From assembly GCA_965369865.1 (NCBI GenBank), contig CBDURU010000123.1, positions 1 to 10,213 on the forward strand: a stretch of DNA of 10,213 nucleotides, given 5' to 3'. This document shows, piece by piece, positions 1-6,516 of this stretch. The notes beneath the pieces are model-generated. The model was given only the letters and a program-made list of their open reading frames with translations. It made no database searches and was not told the origin of the DNA. Made by a program: the position numbers and the translations under genes. Origin of the DNA: an uncultured bacterium (lineage in GTDB: Bacteria > JAJVIF01 > JAPKYR01). Each line of letters begins with the position of its first letter. Position 1 is the first letter of the stretch.

Positions 1-37
1 CAGGAGAACTCCGTCTCTCCTTGACTTTACTTACCAT
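1..37 (-). CDS. Probable 5' end of a gene running off the left edge (MVSKVKERRSSP...), product unknown
   Basis: Minus strand reads ...CCGGGGACATCC-ATG GTA AGT AAA GTC AAG GAG AGA CGG AGT TCT CCT. There is a GGGGA SD-like sequence just before the ATG, the frame is open to the window edge, and an AT-rich intergenic region lies upstream. Only 12 codons are visible. Confidence 0.45.
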   Translation of the reverse strand, partial: MVSKVKERRSSP

Positions 38-86
38 GGATGTCCCCGGTCTTCGCGTATCAACGAAAAAATACCCAGTACCCGAT

Positions 87-111
87 GTTCGAAAATAATA
101 CTTTCAAGTAG
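87..111. promoter_or_regulatory. Dyad motif TCGAAA-N7-TTTCAA, copy 1 (candidate transcription-factor operator)
   Basis: GTTCGAAAATAATACTTTCAAGTAG. A second copy with the same arms and spacing is at 6361-6385. Both lie in divergent intergenic regions. Confidence 0.45.
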
Positions 112-186
112 TTTTCCCCTTAATTAAGGTTAAACAATCTTAATCTTTCAGGATTATATTTACAGACGTACCCAATTAGTCCCTGT

Positions 187-203
187 TTGGAACCCGGTTT
201 GCA
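187..203 (+). promoter_or_regulatory. Candidate sigma-54 (RpoN) -24/-12 promoter
   Basis: TTGGAACCCGGTTTGCA has GG(189-190)-N10-GC(201-202) with correct spacing. It differs at 2 positions from the consensus TGGCACG-N4-TTGCW and points toward murA. Confidence 0.5.
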
Positions 204-225
204 GTATCCAGACATAGGATTAATT

Positions 226-243
226 TGTGTATGTTTTTACACA
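226..243. promoter_or_regulatory. Palindrome TGTGTA-N6-TACACA (candidate regulator site)
   Basis: TGTGTA TGTTTT TACACA has perfectly complementary 6-bp arms and lies in the murA upstream region. Confidence 0.35.
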
Positions 244-280
244 GGAGTACCCGGAATTTAAGGTCTGTAACTGCCGGATG

Positions 281-289
281 TGTTAGAAT
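281..289 (+). promoter_or_regulatory. Candidate extended -10 promoter (TGnTAGAAT) for murA
   Basis: TG-T-TAGAAT ends 25 nt before the ATG at 315. No clear -35 element. Confidence 0.4.
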
Positions 290-314
290 GTCCAACTTAG
301 CTAGACGAAGTATC

Positions 315-1625
315 ATGCCTGACACAGCAAACTATCTTACGATCGAGGGAGGCTGTCGGCTGTCCGGTGAGATCAGCATCTCGGGCGCTAAAAATTCCTG
401 CCTGCCGCTTATAGCCGCCACCCTCCTCACGAAAGGCACTTGCCATATAGAAAACGTCCCCAGGCTGTCCGACGTCTTCAATATGGTCGATGTTCTTGCC
501 TCACTCGGAGCCACCGTCGAATGGACTGCCGATCACAGCCTGGCTATCGACAACACAAACGTTAACTGCCTTGAACCCGATCCCGTACTTGTCCGGAAAA
601 TGCGTGCGAGTATCCTCGTACTCGGTCCGCTGTTCGCACGGTTCGGCCAGGCGATGATCCCATTGCCCGGTGGATGTTCACTTGGAAAACGTCCGATCGA
701 TCTCCACCTTCAAGGCATGGAATCACTAGGGGGAATGGTTGTCGATATCAACGGTGCGATTAATGTAAAGCTGAAATCCGGTAAACGTCCACATGCCGCT
801 ACGATAGAATTAAGTTTTCCTTCCGTCGGCGCTACTGAAAATATCATGATGGCAGCCGCCCTGGCCGATGGAACATCTTTTATTAAAAATGCCGCCCGTG
901 AACCCGAAATTGTCGATCTCGCCAACCTCCTCAACGGGATGGGTGCGAAGGTTATCGGTGCCGGGGAGTCAACGATAACAATCGTCGGTACCGCTGAATT
1001 AAGACCCGTCAAGCATCGCGTGATTCCCGACAGGATCGAAGCTGGTACTTATATCACTGCTGCCGCCATGACAGCGGGCAAGGTTACACTTACAAATGTG
1101 CGTAGCGACCATCTCACTTCAATCCTTGAGCAGATTGCATCTACCGGATGCAAAATTACCACCGAAATCGACAGGGTAACGGTCGACGCCCCCGATGTTA
1201 TTCGCCCTGCCGATATCCGGACACTTCCCTACCCGGGATTCCCCACCGACGTGCAGCCGCAGTACATGGCCCTGATGACACGCGCGTCCGGAGAAACAAT
1301 TTTAGTTGAGAAAATTTTCGAGCGACGTTTTCTTGTCGCCGACGAACTCAGGCGAATGGGTGCCGATATCCGTGTTATCGATAACTGTGCGCTTGTAGTC
1401 GGTGGTCGGAAATTAATAGGTTGCGAGGTCAGCGCGCCGGATATTCGGGCAGCGGCCGCTTTGCTGGTTGCCGGGCTATGGGCTGAAGGATATACCCGTC
1501 TTATGGGACTCGGGCACCTCTTCCGCGGCTATGAAGATCCTGTCGCTAAATTTAATTCCCTCGGCGCTAAAATTTCCTCCCGAAGCTTCGTTAATAACGT
1601 CAAACCTGGTTTTTCTACGGGTTAA
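315..1625 (+). CDS. murA: UDP-N-acetylglucosamine 1-carboxyvinyltransferase (436 aa)
   Basis: Hallmark motifs: SGAKNS, MRASILVLGPL, LPGGCSLGKRPIDLHL (catalytic Cys loop), SVGATEN, NAAREPEIVDL, PDRIEAGT, PYPGFPTD, RGYE. Start placed at ATG 315 (MPDTANYLTIEGG) because MurA homology begins there. The TTG start at 225 in the ORF track is probably an over-extension. Confidence 0.97.
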   Translation: MPDTANYLTIEGGCRLSGEISISGAKNSCLPLIAATLLTKGTCHIENVPRLSDVFNMVDVLASLGATVEWTADHSLAIDNTNVNCLEPDPVLVRKMRASILVLGPLFARFGQAMIPLPGGCSLGKRPIDLHLQGMESLGGMVVDINGAINVKLKSGKRPHAATIELSFPSVGATENIMMAAALADGTSFIKNAAREPEIVDLANLLNGMGAKVIGAGESTITIVGTAELRPVKHRVIPDRIEAGTYITAAAMTAGKVTLTNVRSDHLTSILEQIASTGCKITTEIDRVTVDAPDVIRPADIRTLPYPGFPTDVQPQYMALMTRASGETILVEKIFERRFLVADELRRMGADIRVIDNCALVVGGRKLIGCEVSAPDIRAAAALLVAGLWAEGYTRLMGLGHLFRGYEDPVAKFNSLGAKISSRSFVNNVKPGFSTG

Positions 1626-1638
1626 ATATTTTACCGAT

Positions 1639-3150
1639 ATGTTTCATTTCACCTTCCCCCAATCCCTGTCGTTATTTCGTGTACTCATCGCGGCATTGGC
1701 TTTATTCCTTCTATCCGCGTTTTCGATATCACAACCCGAAGTCAAAGCGGACTCGCCAACTTATGAGCAGCCGTTTCCATCGTTCGGATGGGTATTCGTG
1801 TCGTGGGACGATGATCTCCTTACCCTCACTTTAAGTAATATTGAGCCAGGATCGTTTCAGATTTTTGAGCTTGATAATCCCCCCCGAATTGTTTTCGACC
1901 TTCCGGATCGAAAATGTCCTGAAAATGAATCTGTTTATGAAACGATGGATTTCAACGGTATCCCCCTGCTCGTACAGTTACGAGCAAGCTGTACAGAGGA
2001 CGGTGTAGTGGTGGTTCTGGAGTCCCGGTATCCCCTCTTCTGGCAGTTAACCTCCAATGAGGACGATAGATTCGTACAGATCCAATGCCTTTTAAGATTT
2101 CGCCAGGCTGTGGAACAGGTTGCATTAGACGAGGGGACAATCTACATCGCCAAGCGGTACGTGACCACATCGGGACAAAGATTCGTTCATGCCGTAATTT
2201 CCGATCCCGCTCAATCAAGGCTCAGGCCACGCATAATTTTGGCTGGAGAAGTTAGCACACGGAACCTTACTTCCCTTCAGAATATCGTTACGGGAAGTCG
2301 TGCGGCGGTGGGAATAAACGGAGGGTATTTCTCGTGGCCAGGAGTAAGCCTTTCGCTCGTGGTGCGTTATGGCGATATTCATGCTCCACCACAACTGCAC
2401 AGGCCGGCGTTCATGGTGCTCGACGACGGCCGGTACATTATGGATTACCCGCCCATCCAAGGGGTGGTCACATCGGCATCCGGTTTACGATGGGAAGTCG
2501 ATCTTATCAACCAGATACCGGGTTACGGGCAGGTCGCTCTCCTGACGCCCGGGCATCCATCGAGGCTCAGGGAAGACCTTACGACGAATTTCGCCGTTTT
2601 ATTTAATGGAGTTGTTGAGCATGTGAATCCCGGCGAACTCGATGACCTTTCCGGGCGCTATATCCTCTGGTCCCGAAGAAATTCACCCTCTCTCTACTTC
2701 CTGGGTTTCGGGGAAGCGGTTGATATTGAGATTTTCATAAACGACGGACGGAATTCGATCAGGCACGCCTTGCAGGGCGGACCGTTCCTCGTCCGGAACG
2801 GTGTGGTCAACGTCACGACCGAACAGGACGATATCGGTGATGATATCGCGAACGGCCGCTCCGCCCGTACCGCCGTGGGCATCGATGATAATAACCGGAT
2901 TTATCTTGTTACGGTTGAGGGGACTGCCGGTGGTCGAAGTATCGGATCCACGCTTGAGGAGCTGGCATGGACCCTTCTGGATCTCGGGTGCACCTGGGCG
3001 ATTAACCTTGACGGGGGATCGTCAACGGGGATGGCGATGAGTTTCAATTCACCAGAATCCGGCTTGCCATCCGGTAGCCGTCAAATCTCAACAGCACTGG
3101 TCCTGATAGACGAGTCGGGAAGTATGCAGGGCGACAGGTTTTATTTTTAG
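1639..3150 (+). CDS. Exported AMIN-like domain + phosphodiester glycosidase (NAGPA/DUF2233) family protein (503 aa)
   Basis: Hydrophobic signal peptide (LIAALALFLLSAFS), AMIN-like motif NPPRIVFDLP, and NAGPA motifs GINGGYF, GGPFLV, ARTAVGI, AINLDGGSST. The ATG at 1639 lies 13 nt after the murA stop, suggesting an operon. The ORF-track start at 1468 overlaps murA and is unlikely. Confidence 0.85.
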   Translation: MFHFTFPQSLSLFRVLIAALALFLLSAFSISQPEVKADSPTYEQPFPSFGWVFVSWDDDLLTLTLSNIEPGSFQIFELDNPPRIVFDLPDRKCPENESVYETMDFNGIPLLVQLRASCTEDGVVVVLESRYPLFWQLTSNEDDRFVQIQCLLRFRQAVEQVALDEGTIYIAKRYVTTSGQRFVHAVISDPAQSRLRPRIILAGEVSTRNLTSLQNIVTGSRAAVGINGGYFSWPGVSLSLVVRYGDIHAPPQLHRPAFMVLDDGRYIMDYPPIQGVVTSASGLRWEVDLINQIPGYGQVALLTPGHPSRLREDLTTNFAVLFNGVVEHVNPGELDDLSGRYILWSRRNSPSLYFLGFGEAVDIEIFINDGRNSIRHALQGGPFLVRNGVVNVTTEQDDIGDDIANGRSARTAVGIDDNNRIYLVTVEGTAGGRSIGSTLEELAWTLLDLGCTWAINLDGGSSTGMAMSFNSPESGLPSGSRQISTALVLIDESGSMQGDRFYF

Positions 3151-3194
3151 TAACCAGGAAAAAAACCTCAAACGCATCGCGGTAATCCAAATTA

Positions 3195-3404
3195 TTATTC
3201 CTGGCTGCAAATGTCATATCCTTCATGATGGATCGATACAATACGTCCGATCACCGATGCCATTTCTGACAGGCATTTCGGACATTTTCTGAGGTGTTCC
3301 AGCACCCGGTTTTCATCTTCTTCACTAAGTTCATGTTTTATGAGTGCTTCCAGTACTTCCCGCCTGCCCACCTCAGAGCATTTGAATGGCAGGGAAAGTT
3401 TCAT
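3195..3404 (-). CDS. Small stand-alone zf-HC2 (ZAS, anti-sigma-like zinc finger) protein, 69 aa
   Basis: Pattern C(9)...EL(S)EEDENRVLEHLRKCPKC contains the HxxxCxxC ZAS motif with the typical preceding helix. A GGAG SD lies 7 nt before the ATG (CTGGAGTTAAGCC-ATG). Confidence 0.8.
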   Translation of the reverse strand: MKLSLPFKCSEVGRREVLEALIKHELSEEDENRVLEHLRKCPKCLSEMASVIGRIVSIHHEGYDICSQE

Positions 3405-3494
3405 GGCTTAACTCCAGTGGCCTGTGTTCACGTCTCTGTATTTATTATGATGCAAGTTACCGGGGTTTTATTTTAATTAAATGACTTTTAATGC

Positions 3495-3540
3495 GGGAAA
3501 ATTTAAGAAAATCTGTAAAACTGGTTTGGTTACTCTTATG
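3495..3540 (+). repeat. 46-bp direct repeat, left copy
   Basis: GGGAAAATTTAAGAAAATCTGTAAAACTGGTTTGGTTACTCTTATG. It is 41/46 identical (4 mismatches, 1 gap) to 6400-6444. Confidence 0.9.
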
Positions 3541-3545
3541 CATGA

Positions 3546-3619
3546 GGGGACATGCCATTTTTCTCCAGTGATAAACCTGACTCTACTATTGTATGTCAAG
3601 GGAAAAATGCCTTGTCCCC
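3546..3619. repeat. 74-bp element with 20-bp imperfect terminal inverted repeats (MITE/REP-like, or a terminator hairpin)
   Basis: GGGGACATGCCATTTTTCTC (3546-3565) matches the reverse complement of 3600-3619 (GGGGACAAGGCATTTTTCCC) at 17/20 positions. GA flanks both ends. Confidence 0.65.
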
Positions 3620-3658
3620 GAAGTTTGAGTAAAATTCTTTCAACAGGTTTGGGGTTAA

Positions 3659-6151
3659 TTACCAGCAGCCGTCGGGGAGGTGTTTGGTCAGGAATGTGTC
3701 ATGGTATCCATTTGAGGTGTGTTCATCCGGAGCCGCATAGCAGGGCGGATCGGTTGGAGCGAAATCGACCGTGTAAAAGAAATATCCTGAAACATAGCTA
3801 TTCCCGGAGCCATCGGCAGCAACTTCATTGCCTATATCAATACCTGACCCGCCCCAGGTCCGCGCCCATTCGAAGTTACCCGACGAATCGAATTTGCTCA
3901 GGAAAATATCGTTTGCACCATTCGAAGTGTGCGGATCACCGCCGACCGGGTCGAAATCGGCTGTGCCCCCAAACAAACCCGTAACGTAGACATTCCCGGA
4001 ACCGGCAGCGGTAACTCCCAAGCCCTCACTCAAGAGTGATCCACCCCAGGTCCGTGCCCACTTTAAGTTACCCGATAAATCGAACTTGCTCAGGAAGACA
4101 TCTCTATAACCATTCGATGTATGCGGATCGCCGCCGCCGGGATCGAAATCGACAGTGTAATTGAAATAACCCGTAATGTAGACATTCCCAGAGCCATCAG
4201 CGGAAACTCCATGGCCTATATCATTACCTGACCCGCCCCATGTACGCGCCCATTCGAGGTTACCGGTTGAATCGAACTTGCTCAGGAAGCAATCGTCATA
4301 ACCATTAGATGTGTGCGGGTCTCCACCGTCGGGATCGAAATCGGCTGTGCCCTCGAAATAACCCGTAACGTAGACATTCCCAGAGCCGTCAGTGGCAACA
4401 CCATGGCCTGCATCCCTGTCTGCCCCACCCCAGGTACGCGCCCACTCGAAGTTACCCGATGAATCGAACTTGCTCAGAAAGACATCTTCATGACCATTCG
4501 ATGTGTTAATATCGCCACCGCCGGGGTCGAAATCGACAGTGCCCTGGAAAAAGCCTGTAACGTAGACATTCCCGGAGCCGTCAGTTGCAACTCCATAGCC
4601 TCGATCAAAATCTGACGCACCCCAGGTCCGCACCCCCTTGAAGTTACCCGATGAATCGAACTTGCTCAGGAAAACATCCAAATTACCATTCGATGTGTGC
4701 GGATCGCCGCCACTGGGGTCGAAATCGACTGAGCTTTCGAAATAACCTGTTACGTAGACATTCCCGAAGCCGTCAGTGGCAACTCCATGGCCTAGATCAT
4801 AGCCTGTTCCCCCCCAGGTCCGTGCCCATTCAAAGTTACCCGAAGAATCGAACTTGCTCAGAAAGGCATCGTTATCACCATTCGAGATGCGCGGATCGCC
4901 GCCATCGGGGTTGAAATCGACTGTGCCCTCGAAATAACCTGTAACGTAGACATTCCCGGAGTCGTCAGTGGCAACTCCAAGGCCTCGATCATGGCCTGAT
5001 TCACCCCAAGCCTGCGCCCAGCCGCCGATTGGTTCTTGAGGTTCAACCACTGTCATTTCACCGATCTGCCATGCGTCGACCTGGCCGTGAATGTCATCCA
5101 GGAATTTATCGGTCACCCTGACAAGGAGCGGATAGTTTCCGGGAACAGCATTAAGCTCATTCGTAAGCTCACCAGAATATGTGCAGCTCTCAATGCCAGA
5201 CGATTCAACAAAATCAAACGGAATTACGCCCGAAAAAATTTCAGGCGCTTCAAGAGTTACCAACGAGATAGTTTCATAACCCTGGTGATCGAAAATCTCA
5301 ACCGTGATTTCCGACATCTCACCAGCGGAAACCTGAACGTAATCCGGAAGGTCGATTTTGTAAGCCTCAACACAATTGGCCTCTGGCGGGAAATCGACAA
5401 GCGGGTCATCTACATTTTCTACCGGCATCCAGCTTACATCGACTGCATATCCAAACTCGACCGGAACGTCGGGAAGTCGAACATGGATATTTCTGGTTTC
5501 CGCCGACGCGACATAAAACACCCGCCTCGGAAGGTCTTGCGAGTACGCGATAAATGGATTCAGCGTTGATGAAAGGTCGCCATCCAGCTCAAGTTTGCCT
5601 GGATAATATCTTAAAATCGGAGGCATGCCGGAATCCTTGGGAAATTCTGTTGGGTTGAATAGCGATGTGTAACCGTCTGGGTTGAGTAGCACCAGTTTGT
5701 CATGGCCCATCCCTACAGACCTGTTGGTTGCTGGGAACGTATAGTCAGCACCATTGATGATGATTCCCCTTAAATCGAAGGCGGTAAGGTTCATGGGACC
5801 AGGAAAAGGATGCTGGAGCCTGAAATCAACGGATAGAATATCGGGGGGAATAAACTGTTTGATAATAATTACAATACAGGTCGTGCAAGGGACCTCCTCC
5901 ATCAGCCTGACAGTGTTGAAATGCATCGTGGAGCTTCGGTCGGGGATAATTTCGACAGTCTCGCGATCTTCGGAAATGCGCACATCCCAGATGCCCCACA
6001 TATAGCGGTTGGATTGAACCGTCCTCTGAGAATCTGCTAGGACTGTTTGGCTATCAGGATAATCTGATTGTGGAGCAACAGGATTTCCATTACTTCCGCA
6101 ACCCTGGAGTAGAAGAAATAAGACAATTGCACCGATCTGAAGGAATCTCAT
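3659..6151 (-). CDS. Lipoprotein with an uncharacterised ~360-aa N-terminal region and a C-terminal seven-bladed SBBP-type beta-propeller (830 aa)
   Basis: Signal peptide with lipobox LQGC (Cys18). Seven 64-aa repeats with consensus WARTWGGxxxDxGxGVATDGSGNVYVTGYFxxTVDFDPxGGDPHTSNGxxDVFLSKFDSSGNFE. The DxxGNVYVTG motif is typical of SBBP repeats. A GAGAG SD-like sequence lies upstream. Confidence 0.88.
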   Translation of the reverse strand: MRFLQIGAIVLFLLLQGCGSNGNPVAPQSDYPDSQTVLADSQRTVQSNRYMWGIWDVRISEDRETVEIIPDRSSTMHFNTVRLMEEVPCTTCIVIIIKQFIPPDILSVDFRLQHPFPGPMNLTAFDLRGIIINGADYTFPATNRSVGMGHDKLVLLNPDGYTSLFNPTEFPKDSGMPPILRYYPGKLELDGDLSSTLNPFIAYSQDLPRRVFYVASAETRNIHVRLPDVPVEFGYAVDVSWMPVENVDDPLVDFPPEANCVEAYKIDLPDYVQVSAGEMSEITVEIFDHQGYETISLVTLEAPEIFSGVIPFDFVESSGIESCTYSGELTNELNAVPGNYPLLVRVTDKFLDDIHGQVDAWQIGEMTVVEPQEPIGGWAQAWGESGHDRGLGVATDDSGNVYVTGYFEGTVDFNPDGGDPRISNGDNDAFLSKFDSSGNFEWARTWGGTGYDLGHGVATDGFGNVYVTGYFESSVDFDPSGGDPHTSNGNLDVFLSKFDSSGNFKGVRTWGASDFDRGYGVATDGSGNVYVTGFFQGTVDFDPGGGDINTSNGHEDVFLSKFDSSGNFEWARTWGGADRDAGHGVATDGSGNVYVTGYFEGTADFDPDGGDPHTSNGYDDCFLSKFDSTGNLEWARTWGGSGNDIGHGVSADGSGNVYITGYFNYTVDFDPGGGDPHTSNGYRDVFLSKFDLSGNLKWARTWGGSLLSEGLGVTAAGSGNVYVTGLFGGTADFDPVGGDPHTSNGANDIFLSKFDSSGNFEWARTWGGSGIDIGNEVAADGSGNSYVSGYFFYTVDFAPTDPPCYAAPDEHTSNGYHDTFLTKHLPDGCW
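3662..5020 (-). repeat. Seven tandem intragenic repeats with an exact 192-bp period
   Basis: The anchor (C/T)GTAGACATTCCC recurs at 3985, 4177, 4369, 4561, 4753 and 4945, with a degenerate copy at 3793. Every interval is 192 bp. Confidence 0.95.
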
Positions 6152-6360
6152 TTTTTCAGCTCTCTGTCAAAGTGTTTCGATAATAATGAATTAATTCGAG
6201 TCGAGTTTAAGACGGGCTGAAATGAATGGATTAATAATCTTAATTATAATCGAATAAACGAAATAAAGGTATAGATTTGAAGTTTTGGGACTCTTTTTTT
6301 CGGGTACGACCTTGTATCTCTCAGGCCAAATCCACTTGACATTGTATAAATCACGGGGAA

Positions 6361-6385
6361 GTTCGAAAAATAATATTTCAAATAG
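6361..6385. promoter_or_regulatory. Dyad motif TCGAAA-N7-TTTCAA, copy 2
   Basis: GTTCGAAAAATAATATTTCAAATAG. The arms match 87-111 and the AT-rich spacer is the same length. Confidence 0.45.
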
Positions 6386-6399
6386 AATTGGTCTAAAGT

Positions 6400-6444
6400 G
6401 GGAAAATTTAGAAAATCTGTAAAACAGGTGTGGTTACAATTATG
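6400..6444 (+). repeat. 45-bp direct repeat, right copy
   Basis: GGGAAAATTTAGAAAATCTGTAAAACAGGTGTGGTTACAATTATG. It contains a perfect dyad TGTAA-N11-TTACA and matches 3495-3540. Confidence 0.9.
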
Positions 6445-6460
6445 AACTGATCGATTTCGC

Positions 6461-6469
6461 TGCTATAAT
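6461..6469 (+). promoter_or_regulatory. Extended -10 promoter (TGnTATAAT) for the Omp85 gene
   Basis: TG-C-TATAAT is a perfect extended -10 consensus ending 47 nt before the ATG at 6517. Confidence 0.6.
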
Positions 6470-6516
6470 CCGATAAATGCCTATCATGATCCATTCATAT
6501 ATTGGGGTTCCCTAAT

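Noticed and set aside
1..37. PilZ-type RxxxR motif in the left partial ORF (ERRSSP)
   Set aside because: The codon after Pro starts with G, so it cannot be Arg, and too little sequence is visible.
252..290. Possible third, degenerate copy of the 46-bp repeat upstream of murA (GGAATTTAAGGTCTGTAACTGCCGGATGTGTTAGAATG)
   Set aside because: It shares only short words (ATTTAAG, TCTGTAA, GTTA), needs several gaps, and has a 12-bp rather than 11-bp dyad spacer. It is not distinguishable from chance without a PWM test.
225..314. N-terminal extension of MurA from TTG 225 (and of the glycosidase from TTG 1468)
   Set aside because: The murA extension has no family similarity and overlaps promoter-like motifs. 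The glycosidase extension overlaps murA and would bury its signal peptide.
3151..3204. Intrinsic terminator between the convergent glycosidase and zf-HC2 genes
   Set aside because: Only a 7-bp CCAGGAA/TTCCTGG pair with a 37-nt loop that overlaps the zf-HC2 coding end. This is not a convincing terminator.
3495..3658. Integron attC site or Xer dif site at the cassette boundary
   Set aside because: There is no properly paired RYYYAAC...GTTRRRY box set downstream of the gene, no match to the XerC/XerD 11-6-11 consensus, and no integrase in the window.
3662..5020. Diversity-generating retroelement (template/variable repeat) behind the propeller repeat variation
   Set aside because: All repeats are in-frame coding blades, with no non-coding template copy and no reverse transcriptase in the window. 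Differences are not adenine-restricted: one variable codon reads AAC/TTG/GAA/GAC/AGA/AAC/CAT, with third-position changes.
3481..5569. Plus-strand ORFs 3481-3984, 4651-4914 and 5036-5569, and other short ORFs inside the main genes
   Set aside because: These are antisense or alternate-frame shadows of well-supported genes, with Arg/Ser-rich composition and no motifs.
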